DNA of 64,000 nucleotides from an uncultured delta proteobacterium (lineage in GTDB: Bacteria; Desulfobacterota; Binatia; Bin18), in the NCBI GenBank assembly GCA_963733195.1, contig CAVTCR010000006.1, positions 1 to 64,000 on the forward strand. Reading direction: 5' to 3'. A program made the translations under genes and the position numbers. Under the pieces are notes generated by a model, which saw only the letters and a list, made by a program, of their open reading frames with translations, did no database searches and was not told the origin of the DNA. How positions within the stretch are numbered: position 1 is the stretch's first letter; each line of letters starts with the position of its first letter. Positions 29,647 through 39,229 of this stretch are shown piece after piece.

Positions 29647-31572
29647 TTAACTGGGAGCCTTCCTTGCCATCTTCACCAACCACCAAGCTAACAACGCAAA
29701 CGGCACGATCGTCCACACGTATTCTAACGGCCCTGCAGTTGGTGAACGGAAGGCCAGGGTTTTGTCGAGTCCACTCACAACCAGTATGGCAATGCCAATC
29801 CCCATAAGTGCGTCGCCGGCAATAAGTCCAGAAGCAAAGAGTGTCGCGCGGTTGTGCTGCTGTTGATGCGCTTCGTCGTTCGCGGCTTGTTTCTTCACCC
29901 ATCCTGCCACAAGCCCACCAAGAATCAGTGACGCTGAGGTTGTCACTGGTAGATATAGACCAATGGCAAAGGTCAAGCTGGGAATTCCTGCCATTTCGGC
30001 GGCGAGGGCAAACCCACCACCAAGCAACATGAGGGCCAAAGGTAGCTGTCCTTCCATGACGCCCTGAACCAACGTTGCCATGAGCTTGGCCTGCGGTGCA
30101 GGAAGTAACTCCGAGCCGAGCGTGTAGGCTTGATGTAAGAGAAACAACACCCATCCTGCTCGTAGCGCTGCAACTCCGACACCGAGCATCTCCCCCACCT
30201 GCAAGTAGCGGGGAGTCGCACCAAGCAAAGCTCCAGTTTTGAGATCTTGACTCATATCTCCAGCTAACGCGATGGCGATGCACACCACTGCTCCACAGGT
30301 GATCGCCATGCCCATACCTTCTTTCCCCACATGCCCGGTTGCCAGCAAGATTACACTTGTTGCCAGTAATGCGGCGATAGTCATGCCAGAAACTGGTTGT
30401 GAGGTCGAACCAATGAGCCCAACCATGCGCGCGGAAACCACGACAAAGACAAAGGCAAACCCAACCGCGAGTAGTGCGGCGGTAAGATCGAGTTGAAATG
30501 CTGGTAAAAGCCAAAGTCCTAATCCCAGGAGTACAGTTCCACCCACGACGATTCCTGGATGAAGATCGTGCTCAGTGCGTATCGTAATGTCTTGGTCGTT
30601 GCTCGTGCGTAAGCCAGACAGTGCGACCTGCAGGGATTGTCGCATAGCTGGGAACGCATGAATGAGTGAGACTACGCCGCCAGTAGCGACCGCGCCAGCG
30701 CCAACATAGCGAACGTACTTGCTCCAAATGGCAAAGGCCGGAAGCTGATGAATTTCCTCGCTCAGACCAAAAACCTCACCGATTGGCCCCCCGGCCACCA
30801 GGTTGAAAGTGGGGATCAGTACGACCCAACCCAGCACACCGCCAAGCATCATGTAACTGGCGATCTGTGGTCCGATGAGATAACCCACACCCAAGAAGAT
30901 AGGTGTCAGCTCGAAGCCGATCGTGGCCTTCTGTAAACTCGTGAAACTCCACAACACGGAGTCTTGCCACAACCGTAGTCCCTTCATCGCAAACTGATAC
31001 AAAGCCCCCAGTCCAATACCAAGAAACACAGGACGAGCGTTGGCTCCACCTGTGTCTCCAGCAATCAGCACTTTGGCGCAGGCTGTACCTTCGGGAAACG
31101 GTAGCATACGATGTTCGCTAATGGTGAGATTGTGGCGCAGTGGGACCATCAGCAGAATGCCGAGTAAACCTCCTGTGATCCCCAACAAGAAGATCAAAAA
31201 TCCAGAAGGATTGAGCCCCAGAAAGATCAACGCGGGAACCGTGAAGATGACCCCGGCGGCGAGTGACTCGCCAGCCGAAGCAATCGTGTGCACGATATTG
31301 TTTTCGAGAATGGTGCCACGGCGCAGAATGCCACGCAGAACAGTCATGGAAATCACAGCCGAGGGAATCGACGCGGATACAGTGAGACCAACCTTGAGGC
31401 CCAGATAGGCATTGACCATACCAAAAGCGACGGACAGAAATGTGCCGAGCAAAACAGCTCGTAGGGTAAATTCTGGGACTAGTCGATTGGCTGGGACGTA
31501 GGGAATGAGGTCGGATTGTGAGCTACTTTGTGATGACGATAGTGAATTGTCTGCTACTGGGTCAGATGCCAT
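29647..31572 (-). CDS. OPT family oligopeptide transporter
   Basis: NAYLGLKVGLTVSASIP, ENNIVHTIASAGE, PFPEGTA, QDLKTG, PAPQA, ASGLIAGD. Confidence 0.95.
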   Translation of the reverse strand: MASDPVADNSLSSSQSSSQSDLIPYVPANRLVPEFTLRAVLLGTFLSVAFGMVNAYLGLKVGLTVSASIPSAVISMTVLRGILRRGTILENNIVHTIASAGESLAAGVIFTVPALIFLGLNPSGFLIFLLGITGGLLGILLMVPLRHNLTISEHRMLPFPEGTACAKVLIAGDTGGANARPVFLGIGLGALYQFAMKGLRLWQDSVLWSFTSLQKATIGFELTPIFLGVGYLIGPQIASYMMLGGVLGWVVLIPTFNLVAGGPIGEVFGLSEEIHQLPAFAIWSKYVRYVGAGAVATGGVVSLIHAFPAMRQSLQVALSGLRTSNDQDITIRTEHDLHPGIVVGGTVLLGLGLWLLPAFQLDLTAALLAVGFAFVFVVVSARMVGLIGSTSQPVSGMTIAALLATSVILLATGHVGKEGMGMAITCGAVVCIAIALAGDMSQDLKTGALLGATPRYLQVGEMLGVGVAALRAGWVLFLLHQAYTLGSELLPAPQAKLMATLVQGVMEGQLPLALMLLGGGFALAAEMAGIPSLTFAIGLYLPVTTSASLILGGLVAGWVKKQAANDEAHQQQHNRATLFASGLIAGDALMGIGIAILVVSGLDKTLAFRSPTAGPLEYVWTIVPFALLAWWLVKMARKAPS

Positions 31573-31680
31573 ATCTGCCTTATAACTGGTCGTGTCGAAG
31601 TTGTCGAAGACCGTGTTCTCCTCCGCCTGGCTTACGGGGTAAGCCTATGCTATTCTGAGCCCCTCACAAGGAGGTGGTGG

Positions 31681-31869
31681 ATGAGGCAGGGGATGAATAC
31701 TCGTCGCTGGGAAATGATTTTCCTTATTCTGCTGTTGCTCTTCGTAAGCGCCTGTAGCTCACAACAAAAGCGGGATGAAGAATATTTCCTGAAGAAGGAA
31801 GGGCATAGAGCTTCTCGTCTGCAAACCACCCCTGCACCTGGTTCATGGCGACTGCCTGTGGTACCCTGA
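31681..31869 (+). CDS. Small putative lipoprotein
   Basis: RBS AGGAGG; hydrophobic stretch and lipobox VSAC; N-terminus paralogous to the next gene. Confidence 0.5.
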   Translation: MRQGMNTRRWEMIFLILLLLFVSACSSQQKRDEEYFLKKEGHRASRLQTTPAPGSWRLPVVP

Positions 31870-31892
31870 AGCCTACAGTAGGGAGATAGCGG

Positions 31893-32222
31893 ATGAAACG
31901 ACAAAGAAAACAAAGTCACGTGTTGAGAGTTTTTCTCCTCCTTCTTCTCCTTTTCATAAGCGCCTGTAGCACACAACAAAAACAGGAGGATGACGATTTC
32001 CTGATGGGGACCAACGATCCGTTCACAGATCCGTTCTTTGCCGATACTCAAGAATGGGATAGTTCGGTACTCAAGCAGAGTGAAGTGCTCTCGCAAGATC
32101 TTCCCAAAGACCCAGAGGAACCGATGACGTGGGTAGAAAAAAGTGAGGCCGCGCTGATGGGAGCGGTAATAGTTGGAGGAGGAGTTGCAAAAATCTTCTT
32201 CTTGCCGTTTCTTGGCCTCTAG
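31893..32222 (+). CDS. Small lipoprotein with C-terminal hydrophobic helix
   Basis: Lipobox ISAC, acidic linker, C-terminal ALMGAVIVGGGVAKIFFLPFLGL. Confidence 0.7.
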   Translation: MKRQRKQSHVLRVFLLLLLLFISACSTQQKQEDDDFLMGTNDPFTDPFFADTQEWDSSVLKQSEVLSQDLPKDPEEPMTWVEKSEAALMGAVIVGGGVAKIFFLPFLGL

Positions 32223-33466
32223 GGTTGTACCTGCGGGGCAGGGCGATTGCCCAATAAAAAGATCGTCAACGCAACTGTGACACACACACTGCCGCATAAA
32301 TACATAGCAGTGAAACCAGCATGAGTGGCAATGAAACCCATGAGAATTCCTCCCAGTCCCATACCAAGCTCTAATCCTTGACCAAAGGTACCCATGCCGA
32401 CCCCGCGTCTTTCTGGGGCAAGGCGATCAATAGTGAACGCGCTGAGCCCTGGCTGCGCGAGGCCGAACCCAAAGCCATACAAACTTACGCCTGTATAGAG
32501 TGTCTGAGCGTTTGGCGCTAATGCCAAGATCAACAGACCGAGGAGTGCAGATGCTAATCCTGGGATAATAACTGCCGCGCGTCCATGTTGATCGCCAATC
32601 CGGGCAGCAAAAAACCGTGTGCCGAGAAGGGCAACAGCGTAGGTCGAGTACAACCATCCGGCGTTGCCCATGCCGAGCGTGCGAGCGTACAACGGTAAGA
32701 AGGTTGTGTACGACGTGAACGTCAGATACAGAAACATGTTGACCATCATTGGTAGCAGTGCTTCACGAGCAAACAGGGGTTGGCGTGGCGCAGTGAGGGT
32801 AGGAGTGTAGCGTTCATGCATCCCATAACTCAAGACACAAGCGATAGTGGCTATACTCCCTGCGGTCAAGAAAAGAAGGGTAAAGTTTTCAGAGGAAGTG
32901 ATTGCTGCGTTGAAGCTAGGTAATGCCGACACAAGATAGATTTCTGTGGGATGTAAACTGGTGCTGCGCATTAGTCCGAGGGCCACTGGCGGGACAATGC
33001 CCATAGCGAGCGGACTGGCTAATCCCCAGTAGCTGGCTGCTTCTCCACGTCGGGCCATCGGTGCGACATCTGCGAGATAGGCACTTGCCGCAGTCGTGAA
33101 GCAGCCTAAGGCGGTTCCATACAGAATCCGTAAAGCGAGGAGGGTTCCGAGGCTCTGTGTCCAGGCGTGAAGAAACGCAGTACAGGCAAACAATCCGATT
33201 CCGATGTTCATCAGCAGTACGCGCCCGTAACGATCGATCCAGCGTCCAGCGAGAGGTCTGATGGAGAACGCGACCAGGCTCGATACACCAATCAAAAACC
33301 CGGCGTCGGATTCTTGTCCGCCAAGGTGTTTGACGTAGAACGGCAGCGTCGGAAAGAAAAAGAAGAAACTAAAGAAATAACTGAGAGTGACGAAACACAG
33401 GAGTGTGAAGTCGCGGGTGAAGAGGGGGGTAGGAGCAAAAGCTGAGGTCGGTTGCGGTTTTGACAT
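32219..33466 (-). CDS. MFS transporter
   Basis: About 12 TM segments; GRWIDRYGR and RIGDQHGR motif A copies. Confidence 0.9.
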   Translation of the reverse strand: MSKPQPTSAFAPTPLFTRDFTLLCFVTLSYFFSFFFFFPTLPFYVKHLGGQESDAGFLIGVSSLVAFSIRPLAGRWIDRYGRVLLMNIGIGLFACTAFLHAWTQSLGTLLALRILYGTALGCFTTAASAYLADVAPMARRGEAASYWGLASPLAMGIVPPVALGLMRSTSLHPTEIYLVSALPSFNAAITSSENFTLLFLTAGSIATIACVLSYGMHERYTPTLTAPRQPLFAREALLPMMVNMFLYLTFTSYTTFLPLYARTLGMGNAGWLYSTYAVALLGTRFFAARIGDQHGRAAVIIPGLASALLGLLILALAPNAQTLYTGVSLYGFGFGLAQPGLSAFTIDRLAPERRGVGMGTFGQGLELGMGLGGILMGFIATHAGFTAMYLCGSVCVTVALTIFLLGNRPAPQVQP

Positions 33467-33672
33467 TGCCAATGGTAGAACGCGAACGATGAACGCTGAA
33501 TGATGAATGCAGGATAGAAAGCAAAAGGGGCAAAGAACAAACATTCCTCTTCAGTTCATCGTTCATCATTTTGCATTCATCGTTTCTTGAGGTGTAGCGG
33601 AAATTTGTATGAGCTGCCAGCGGTGGTAAACCCCAGCGGGCTATGCTCTAATCCCTGGCCAGGAGGGCGTCC

Positions 33673-34839
33673 ATGATTGAAACACTCAAAGATAAGACGG
33701 CGATTGTTGGCGTTGGGCATACCGAATACTCAAAAGATTCTGGTCGCAGTGAGATGAGCTTAGCGGTTGAAGCGATTCTCAAGGCGGTCTCTGACGCAGG
33801 GCTAAAGCCCAGTGATATCGACGGCATCGCCAAGTATACGATGGATAACAACAGCGAGATCGATATTGCCGCGAACCTTGGCATTCCAGCCTTACGGTTT
33901 TTTGGTGAAGTGGGCTACGGTGGTGGTGGCGGTCCAGTTGGTTCAGTGTTGCTTGGGGCGATGGCAGTGGCTACCGGTATGGCGAACTGCGTTGTGGCAT
34001 TTCGGGCGATGAACGAACGCTCTGGACGTGGCACGCCGCGCTATGGGCAAGCCTCAGTGCGCAAAGGTGCCCCAGGGGTGAATGGTTACCAGGAGCCCTT
34101 CGGCTTGTTTAGTCCGGCGCAAATGGTTGCGCTGGCGGCGCGACGCCATATGCACCTCTATGGCACTAAGAGTGAACATTTTGGCGCAATTGCAGTTGCT
34201 TGTCGCACGCATGCACAGACAAATCCCAACGCGGTGATGCGTGACCGTCCGATTACGATTGAAGACCATCAAAACTCGCGCATGATTGCTGACCCGTTGC
34301 ACTTGCTTGATTGTTGCCTTGAGACTGATGGCGGTGCAGCGGTGGTCATTACTTCGGCGGAACGTGCCAAAGATCTTAAGCATAAGCCGGCGTATATCAC
34401 CTCTGGTGCATTTGGTGCCGGTGAGTGGAATATCCACCGGGTGGTCAAGAATGTGCAAAGCCCAGAGACTGAATCTACTGTGGTCGGCAAAGCACTTTTC
34501 GCCCGCGCGGGAATCTCACACAAAGATATTGATGTCTGTTTCCTGTACGACCACTTCACGCCGTTGGTGCTGATGGCGTTTGAAGAGCTAGGATTTTGTA
34601 AGCGCGGAGAAGGCGGACCGTTCGTGTCCGATGGAAAGCTACTCTATGGCAAGGGATCGCTGCCGTTTAATACTAGTGGCGGTAACCTCTCTGAAGGATA
34701 CATCCATGGCATGGAGAACATTGTTGAAGCCGTCCGTCAGCTTCGTGGACAAGCGATCAATCAGGTGAAAGATGCGGAGATTGCGCTGGTCACGTCAGGT
34801 AACGGCGTGCCGAATACAGGGATGATTTTGCACGGATAG
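33673..34839 (+). CDS. Thiolase-superfamily lipid-transfer protein (SCP2-thiolase/Ltp2-like)
   Basis: TAIVGVGHT, LHLLDCCLETDGG, LYDHFT, NTSGGNLSEGYIHG, EAVRQLRG. Confidence 0.88.
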   Translation: MIETLKDKTAIVGVGHTEYSKDSGRSEMSLAVEAILKAVSDAGLKPSDIDGIAKYTMDNNSEIDIAANLGIPALRFFGEVGYGGGGGPVGSVLLGAMAVATGMANCVVAFRAMNERSGRGTPRYGQASVRKGAPGVNGYQEPFGLFSPAQMVALAARRHMHLYGTKSEHFGAIAVACRTHAQTNPNAVMRDRPITIEDHQNSRMIADPLHLLDCCLETDGGAAVVITSAERAKDLKHKPAYITSGAFGAGEWNIHRVVKNVQSPETESTVVGKALFARAGISHKDIDVCFLYDHFTPLVLMAFEELGFCKRGEGGPFVSDGKLLYGKGSLPFNTSGGNLSEGYIHGMENIVEAVRQLRGQAINQVKDAEIALVTSGNGVPNTGMILHG

Positions 34840-34850
34840 TGCGGAGAGTC

Positions 34851-35050
34851 GTAGGGGCGTATGGCTATACGCCCCGACTTAAGCCGTCGTTGCTTAGCAA
34901 TTCCCTCTCCCACCGAGAGAGCTTGTCCTTCGCGTAGTCGGAGGAGGCTAGGGTGAGGGAATGGAAAAAGAAATTCCTTCTTCTTTCTTCCCTCATCCTG
35001 ACCCCTTCGACAGGCAAGTACCTACGCAGGCTGTCCCACCGAGAGATCGG
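34851..35050. repeat. GTAG REP palindrome plus CCCTCTCCC/GGGTGAGGG-family palindromic repeat
   Basis: GTAGGGGCGTATGGCTATACGCCCCGAC at 34851-34878; CCCTCTCCCACCGAGAGA...GGCTAGGGTGAGGG...CCCTCATCCTGACC. Confidence 0.6.
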
Positions 35051-35104
35051 AACCCTTAGCTTTCGCACGTATTGATACGGCAAACATCATAAATGGCAGG
35101 TGTA

Positions 35105-36037
35105 CTATTTCGCAAACACCGCTTTCAGTTTTGCACATGCCTCTGCGACAGCTTTCTTGCCCTGATCCAGAATGTGACCCAGACTGAAGAAGCCGTGGAT
35201 CATGCCTTTGTAGTCGGTGTATTCAACTGCTACACCAGCATCTTTCATTTTCTTGGCGTAGGCTGCACCTTCGTCACAGAGCGGATCGTACTCAGCAGTA
35301 AGTACCCATGCAGGCGGAAGGTTACTCAACCGTTGTCCGCGGAGAGGAGAAGCATAGGGATTCTCACCGTCATTCGGGTTGCTGAGATAATGGTTCCAGA
35401 ACCACTCCATCGAACCTCTTGTGAGTAAATAATTCTCCCCATTGTTTTTATAGGACGCGGTATCATATGAGTAGTTCGTCACTGGATAGATGAGGAGTTG
35501 ATATCTAACCGTCGGTGCGCCACGATCAGTAGCCATCTGTGCCACCACGGCAGCAAGATTCCCTCCGGCACTATCGCCACCAACCGCGATGCGTTTAGGA
35601 TCTCCGCCAAAACTGGCAGCATTCAATGCGGCCCATTTGGTTGCGGCGTAACAATCTTCGGCTGCAGTAGGAAATTTGTGCTCAGGTGCGAGACGGTAAT
35701 CAACTGCAATGACAATACAACCTGCGCCCTTCGCTAAAGCGCGGCAGGTCGCATCGTGCGATTCCAGATCGCCAACGACCCACCCGCCACCGTGAAAGAA
35801 CACTAAGATCGGCAGTGGGCCTTTATCATCTGGGGTATAAATGCGCACTGGCAGTTTGACACCGCCAGCATTCACAACTCGATCTTCGACATTCTTCAAC
35901 GGTAAAGGAGAGTCTTTCGTGGCAAATAAACCACGGATGGCTTCCCGTGCTTGTTGCACAGTCATCTGGTCGAATGATGGCGCGCCGGATGCCGCGACTT
36001 GGTCCAAAAATGCTTTCGCTTGTGGATCGAGGGGCAT
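35105..36037 (-). CDS. Alpha/beta hydrolase (HSL family esterase/lipase)
   Basis: FFHGGGW, DYRLAPEH, GDSAGG, EYDPL, HGF. Confidence 0.95.
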   Translation of the reverse strand: MPLDPQAKAFLDQVAASGAPSFDQMTVQQAREAIRGLFATKDSPLPLKNVEDRVVNAGGVKLPVRIYTPDDKGPLPILVFFHGGGWVVGDLESHDATCRALAKGAGCIVIAVDYRLAPEHKFPTAAEDCYAATKWAALNAASFGGDPKRIAVGGDSAGGNLAAVVAQMATDRGAPTVRYQLLIYPVTNYSYDTASYKNNGENYLLTRGSMEWFWNHYLSNPNDGENPYASPLRGQRLSNLPPAWVLTAEYDPLCDEGAAYAKKMKDAGVAVEYTDYKGMIHGFFSLGHILDQGKKAVAEACAKLKAVFAK

Positions 36038-36119
36038 ATACAACCTCCTTGTCTGTTCACATTGGGCTTGGGGAGGTGGTATAGCAAAATACAACGAGAC
36101 GGCAAGGCCTTTACGCTTT

Positions 36120-36515
36120 TTAATAACCCAACGCGCGCAATTGTTGGTCACTCATGCCGAAGTGATGACCGACCTCGTGGACGACAACCCGGCGAATGAG
36201 TTCGCGCATTTCACGTGATCGCAAACCAGAATGGAGAATCGGTTGGTAGTAAATCTCGATCTTGTCAGGAAATTCGGCTAGAGGCGCAAAAATCGAACGC
36301 CACGGACGAGGCACGCCTCGATACAAGCCAAACAAATCGTTGGAATTTGCGATCCCTTGTTCCGCTAAGACTTCAGCGGATGGACAATCCTCAATCGTAA
36401 CCGCGACGTTCGTGAGCTTTTCGACAATCTCTTTGGGTAAGGTATCGAGCGCGCGCACGACTTCACGGGTAAATTCTTCGAGCGAGGGTCCCATGCGTGT
36501 TTGTCGAGGGACCAT
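36120..36515 (-). CDS. Zincin-like metallopeptidase family protein
   Basis: LFGLYRGVP, PDKIEIY, VVHEVGHHFGMSD; start codon uncertain. Confidence 0.85.
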   Translation of the reverse strand: MVPRQTRMGPSLEEFTREVVRALDTLPKEIVEKLTNVAVTIEDCPSAEVLAEQGIANSNDLFGLYRGVPRPWRSIFAPLAEFPDKIEIYYQPILHSGLRSREMRELIRRVVVHEVGHHFGMSDQQLRALGY

Positions 36516-36648
36516 GCTACTGAGCGGACACGGTTTAGGTAATCGTGGGGATGAGGAAGGCCGAAGAGATCTCTTACGGTGATACAATTTAGATCTGAAC
36601 ATTCCACCCTCTGGCGCTAAGTGTAGCACGCCTTATGGAGCCTGCGAA

Positions 36649-36870
36649 CTAGGACGCTGACGATTTTTTCCCTTGCGCTGAGGATTGCGTCCGCGGTTCG
36701 TACCCACTGCACTGAAGCATCGGTAGGCGAGGGTATTTGCTGTAGTGTGGATCTGTTTCCGCACGCTGACAGAGAAAGAACTGTGAGCCTTTGCCGCTCA
36801 CTACCTCTCTTACATAGAGGCAGTCGAAGCAGAGGCCAACTCGAGATCGCTCTGACATTGCATCGCTCAT
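36649..36870 (-). CDS. Small Cys-rich (metal-binding) hypothetical protein
   Basis: GLCFDC...FLC...KYPRLP..C pattern. Confidence 0.7.
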   Translation of the reverse strand: MSDAMSERSRVGLCFDCLYVREVVSGKGSQFFLCQRAETDPHYSKYPRLPMLQCSGYEPRTQSSAQGKKSSAS

Positions 36871-36932
36871 ATTGTCTATCTATAAGAAGTAGAGAGAGAA
36901 CAAAAGCACGAGCCAAACCGAGGGGAGACCCG

Positions 36933-37913
36933 ATGCTGCTGACGGCTGAACAGGTCAAACAGAAAGCACGAGAGCTGGGGGCTGATGCTGTTGGTATTGC
37001 CAGCGCCGCAGTGTTGAATGCTCATCCGCCTGATCCAAAATTTCCTCAGACTCCAGAACGTATCTCTCCAGAAATCAAAAGTGTAGTCGCTATTGTTAAA
37101 CGCATCCCGGCTGGGGCCTTTCGCACCAAACGGCTAGAATGCGTGCAGTATATGGATCAACTTGTCTTGCGTGAGATGGACAAGGTCTGTATGCGGGTTG
37201 CGCAATTTTTAGAAGAGCATGACGTGGCTGCGTTTCCGCTCGCCTCGCAAGAAACCAAGTGGGAGTTCAAACGTGCAAGCTATGGCTACCTCTCTGGCCG
37301 TCATGTGGCAGTTGAGGCCGGACTAGGAACCTTAGGTCTCGAAGTGAATTTTCTTTCGCCGGAGTTTGGACCGCGTTGTTACACAACGGCAGTGTTGACC
37401 ACCGCAGAGCTAGAACCCGACCAGAAACTGACGCGGCAAGTGTGTATCGGTGAGACCTGTAGCCGTTGTTTATATTCCTGTCCCGCAGATGCCGTGCTCC
37501 AGTGGGGTATAGATAAACGCGCATGTTCGCAGTTTGCCCAAGAGTTTGGTTACGGGGTGATGCTGTCGCATTTGCAAAAGTTCGTACAAGCACCGGAAGC
37601 TGATGCACAACTCAAAGTTCTCCAGACCCCGCAAGCGTATGCGGTATGGCAGGGAATTCTCCGTGTGGTTGGTGCGTTCGGTGATTGCCCGCGTTGTCTC
37701 GAAGTGTGCCCGGTAGGAGAGGATTACGTGCAGTGGCTATCAGAGGCACATCGTGAGATTCCCGAGAAGAACGAACAGAAAGTGAATACGGCCAAGCAGA
37801 TGCAGGCCGACCGGAAAACTGGAAAAGAGTTGCCGGGGTTGTCACCGTGGAATGTTCGCTGGGTTGGCGAAGAAGGATACGTAGCGCCGAAGAAACGGAC
37901 AGTTAAGAGTTAA
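36933..37913 (+). CDS. QueG/reductive dehalogenase-like cobalamin and 4Fe-4S protein, paralog A
   Basis: ARELGADAVGIA, AVEAGLGTLG, PEFGPR, CxxxxCxxCxxxCP, CPRCLEVCP. Confidence 0.8.
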   Translation: MLLTAEQVKQKARELGADAVGIASAAVLNAHPPDPKFPQTPERISPEIKSVVAIVKRIPAGAFRTKRLECVQYMDQLVLREMDKVCMRVAQFLEEHDVAAFPLASQETKWEFKRASYGYLSGRHVAVEAGLGTLGLEVNFLSPEFGPRCYTTAVLTTAELEPDQKLTRQVCIGETCSRCLYSCPADAVLQWGIDKRACSQFAQEFGYGVMLSHLQKFVQAPEADAQLKVLQTPQAYAVWQGILRVVGAFGDCPRCLEVCPVGEDYVQWLSEAHREIPEKNEQKVNTAKQMQADRKTGKELPGLSPWNVRWVGEEGYVAPKKRTVKS

Positions 37914-38020
37914 AAATTAAGAGTTAAGAATGCGGGAAAAGTCAGACTCTATCAATGTGAAATTGGGCAATAGATCATGAGTTCGCCGTTCCTCCGAAAA
38001 AGGAACCAACAGGCGGATTC

Positions 38021-38097
38021 TGTCATTGCGAGGAACGTCAGTGACGAAGCAATCTCTGTCCGAAAATGGGATTGCTTCGCTCCGCTCGCAATGACAA
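38021..38097. repeat. TGTCATTGCGAG...CTCGCAATGACA palindromic element
   Basis: 12-bp terminal inverted arms with internal GAAGCAATC/GATTGCTTC arms. Confidence 0.7.
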
Positions 38098-38151
38098 GAC
38101 AGCAAGGTTGCGTCCTCGTACATTCTTCACTCTTAATTCTTCATTAGTTCT

Positions 38152-39129
38152 ATGAAAAACCTTACTTCTGCTCTTGTCAAAGCTAAGGCCAAGGAATTCG
38201 GTGCGGATCTCGTTGGCATTGCCAGTGGTGCGGTGCTCGATGCGCATCCGCCGGACCCGCGCCATCCGCAAACTCCAACGTTGGTGAGTCCACGTGATAA
38301 CCAGAGTGTGATTGTCTTGGCGAAGCGCCATCTGACGGGAGCATCGCGGTTGAAAGACTGGAACGAACGTCACAAGCAGTACGCTGCTGAACTGACGTTA
38401 TCGCAGTTAGAAGAGGCGTCGCTTCGCTTGGTCTATTTTCTAGAAGACGAAGGTGGTTTCCCGGCACTGATAGTTCCCCCGATCCACACCGATGCGGCAC
38501 GCAATTATAGCGCCTACAACGAAGGTGGAACCTATGGTGCATTGTCGTTGGTGCATGCCGCGGTTGAGGCAGGACTTGGTACTCTCGGATTGAATCTGAT
38601 GTTGCTCACGCCGGAGTATGGTCCACGCGTTATTCTCACCGCGGTGCTTACGTCGGCAGAACTTGAACCTGACAGGCGGATGACGACAACGCTCTGCCAA
38701 GGGGAAGCCTGTGGGCGTTGTCTGCTAGCATGCCCTGGTGATGCGGTGCAGCACTGGGGATTGGATAAAAAGAAATGCGCTCCCTATGCATCGCCACATG
38801 GGTTTTCACATGTTGTGTCTCATGTCGGCAACGTGCTTCGTGCCGAGAGCACAGAGCAAAAGATGGAATTATTGCGCAGTGGTGATTCCTTCAACATCTG
38901 GCAGACGATGCTACGTGGAGTAGGGGCGTACACTGGCTGTACTCGTTGCGTTGATGTCTGCCCTGTTGGACAAGACTACGCTCGTTACCTTGCGGATGCG
39001 CAGCATGACATTCCAGAAACGACTACCGAAAAAACTGCTCGACTGACTGAAATGCAACGCAAGCACACTGTTGGTGAAAAGATCGAAGGCTTGGAACGGT
39101 CACGACGATGGATTGGGGAAGAAACGTAA
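38152..39129 (+). CDS. QueG/reductive dehalogenase-like cobalamin and 4Fe-4S protein, paralog B
   Basis: AKEFGADLVGIA, AVEAGLGTLG, PEYGPR, CQGEACGRCLLACP, CTRCVDVCP. Confidence 0.8.
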   Translation: MKNLTSALVKAKAKEFGADLVGIASGAVLDAHPPDPRHPQTPTLVSPRDNQSVIVLAKRHLTGASRLKDWNERHKQYAAELTLSQLEEASLRLVYFLEDEGGFPALIVPPIHTDAARNYSAYNEGGTYGALSLVHAAVEAGLGTLGLNLMLLTPEYGPRVILTAVLTSAELEPDRRMTTTLCQGEACGRCLLACPGDAVQHWGLDKKKCAPYASPHGFSHVVSHVGNVLRAESTEQKMELLRSGDSFNIWQTMLRGVGAYTGCTRCVDVCPVGQDYARYLADAQHDIPETTTEKTARLTEMQRKHTVGEKIEGLERSRRWIGEET

Positions 39130-39229
39130 CGAGTGATGAGGACCGAGTAACGAGATGCAAAAGTTAGCTGACAAGAAGAATTGTCTGCCTGAAAGAATGG
39201 GCAATGTCAGGTCGTAGTGGAGATTTGCC

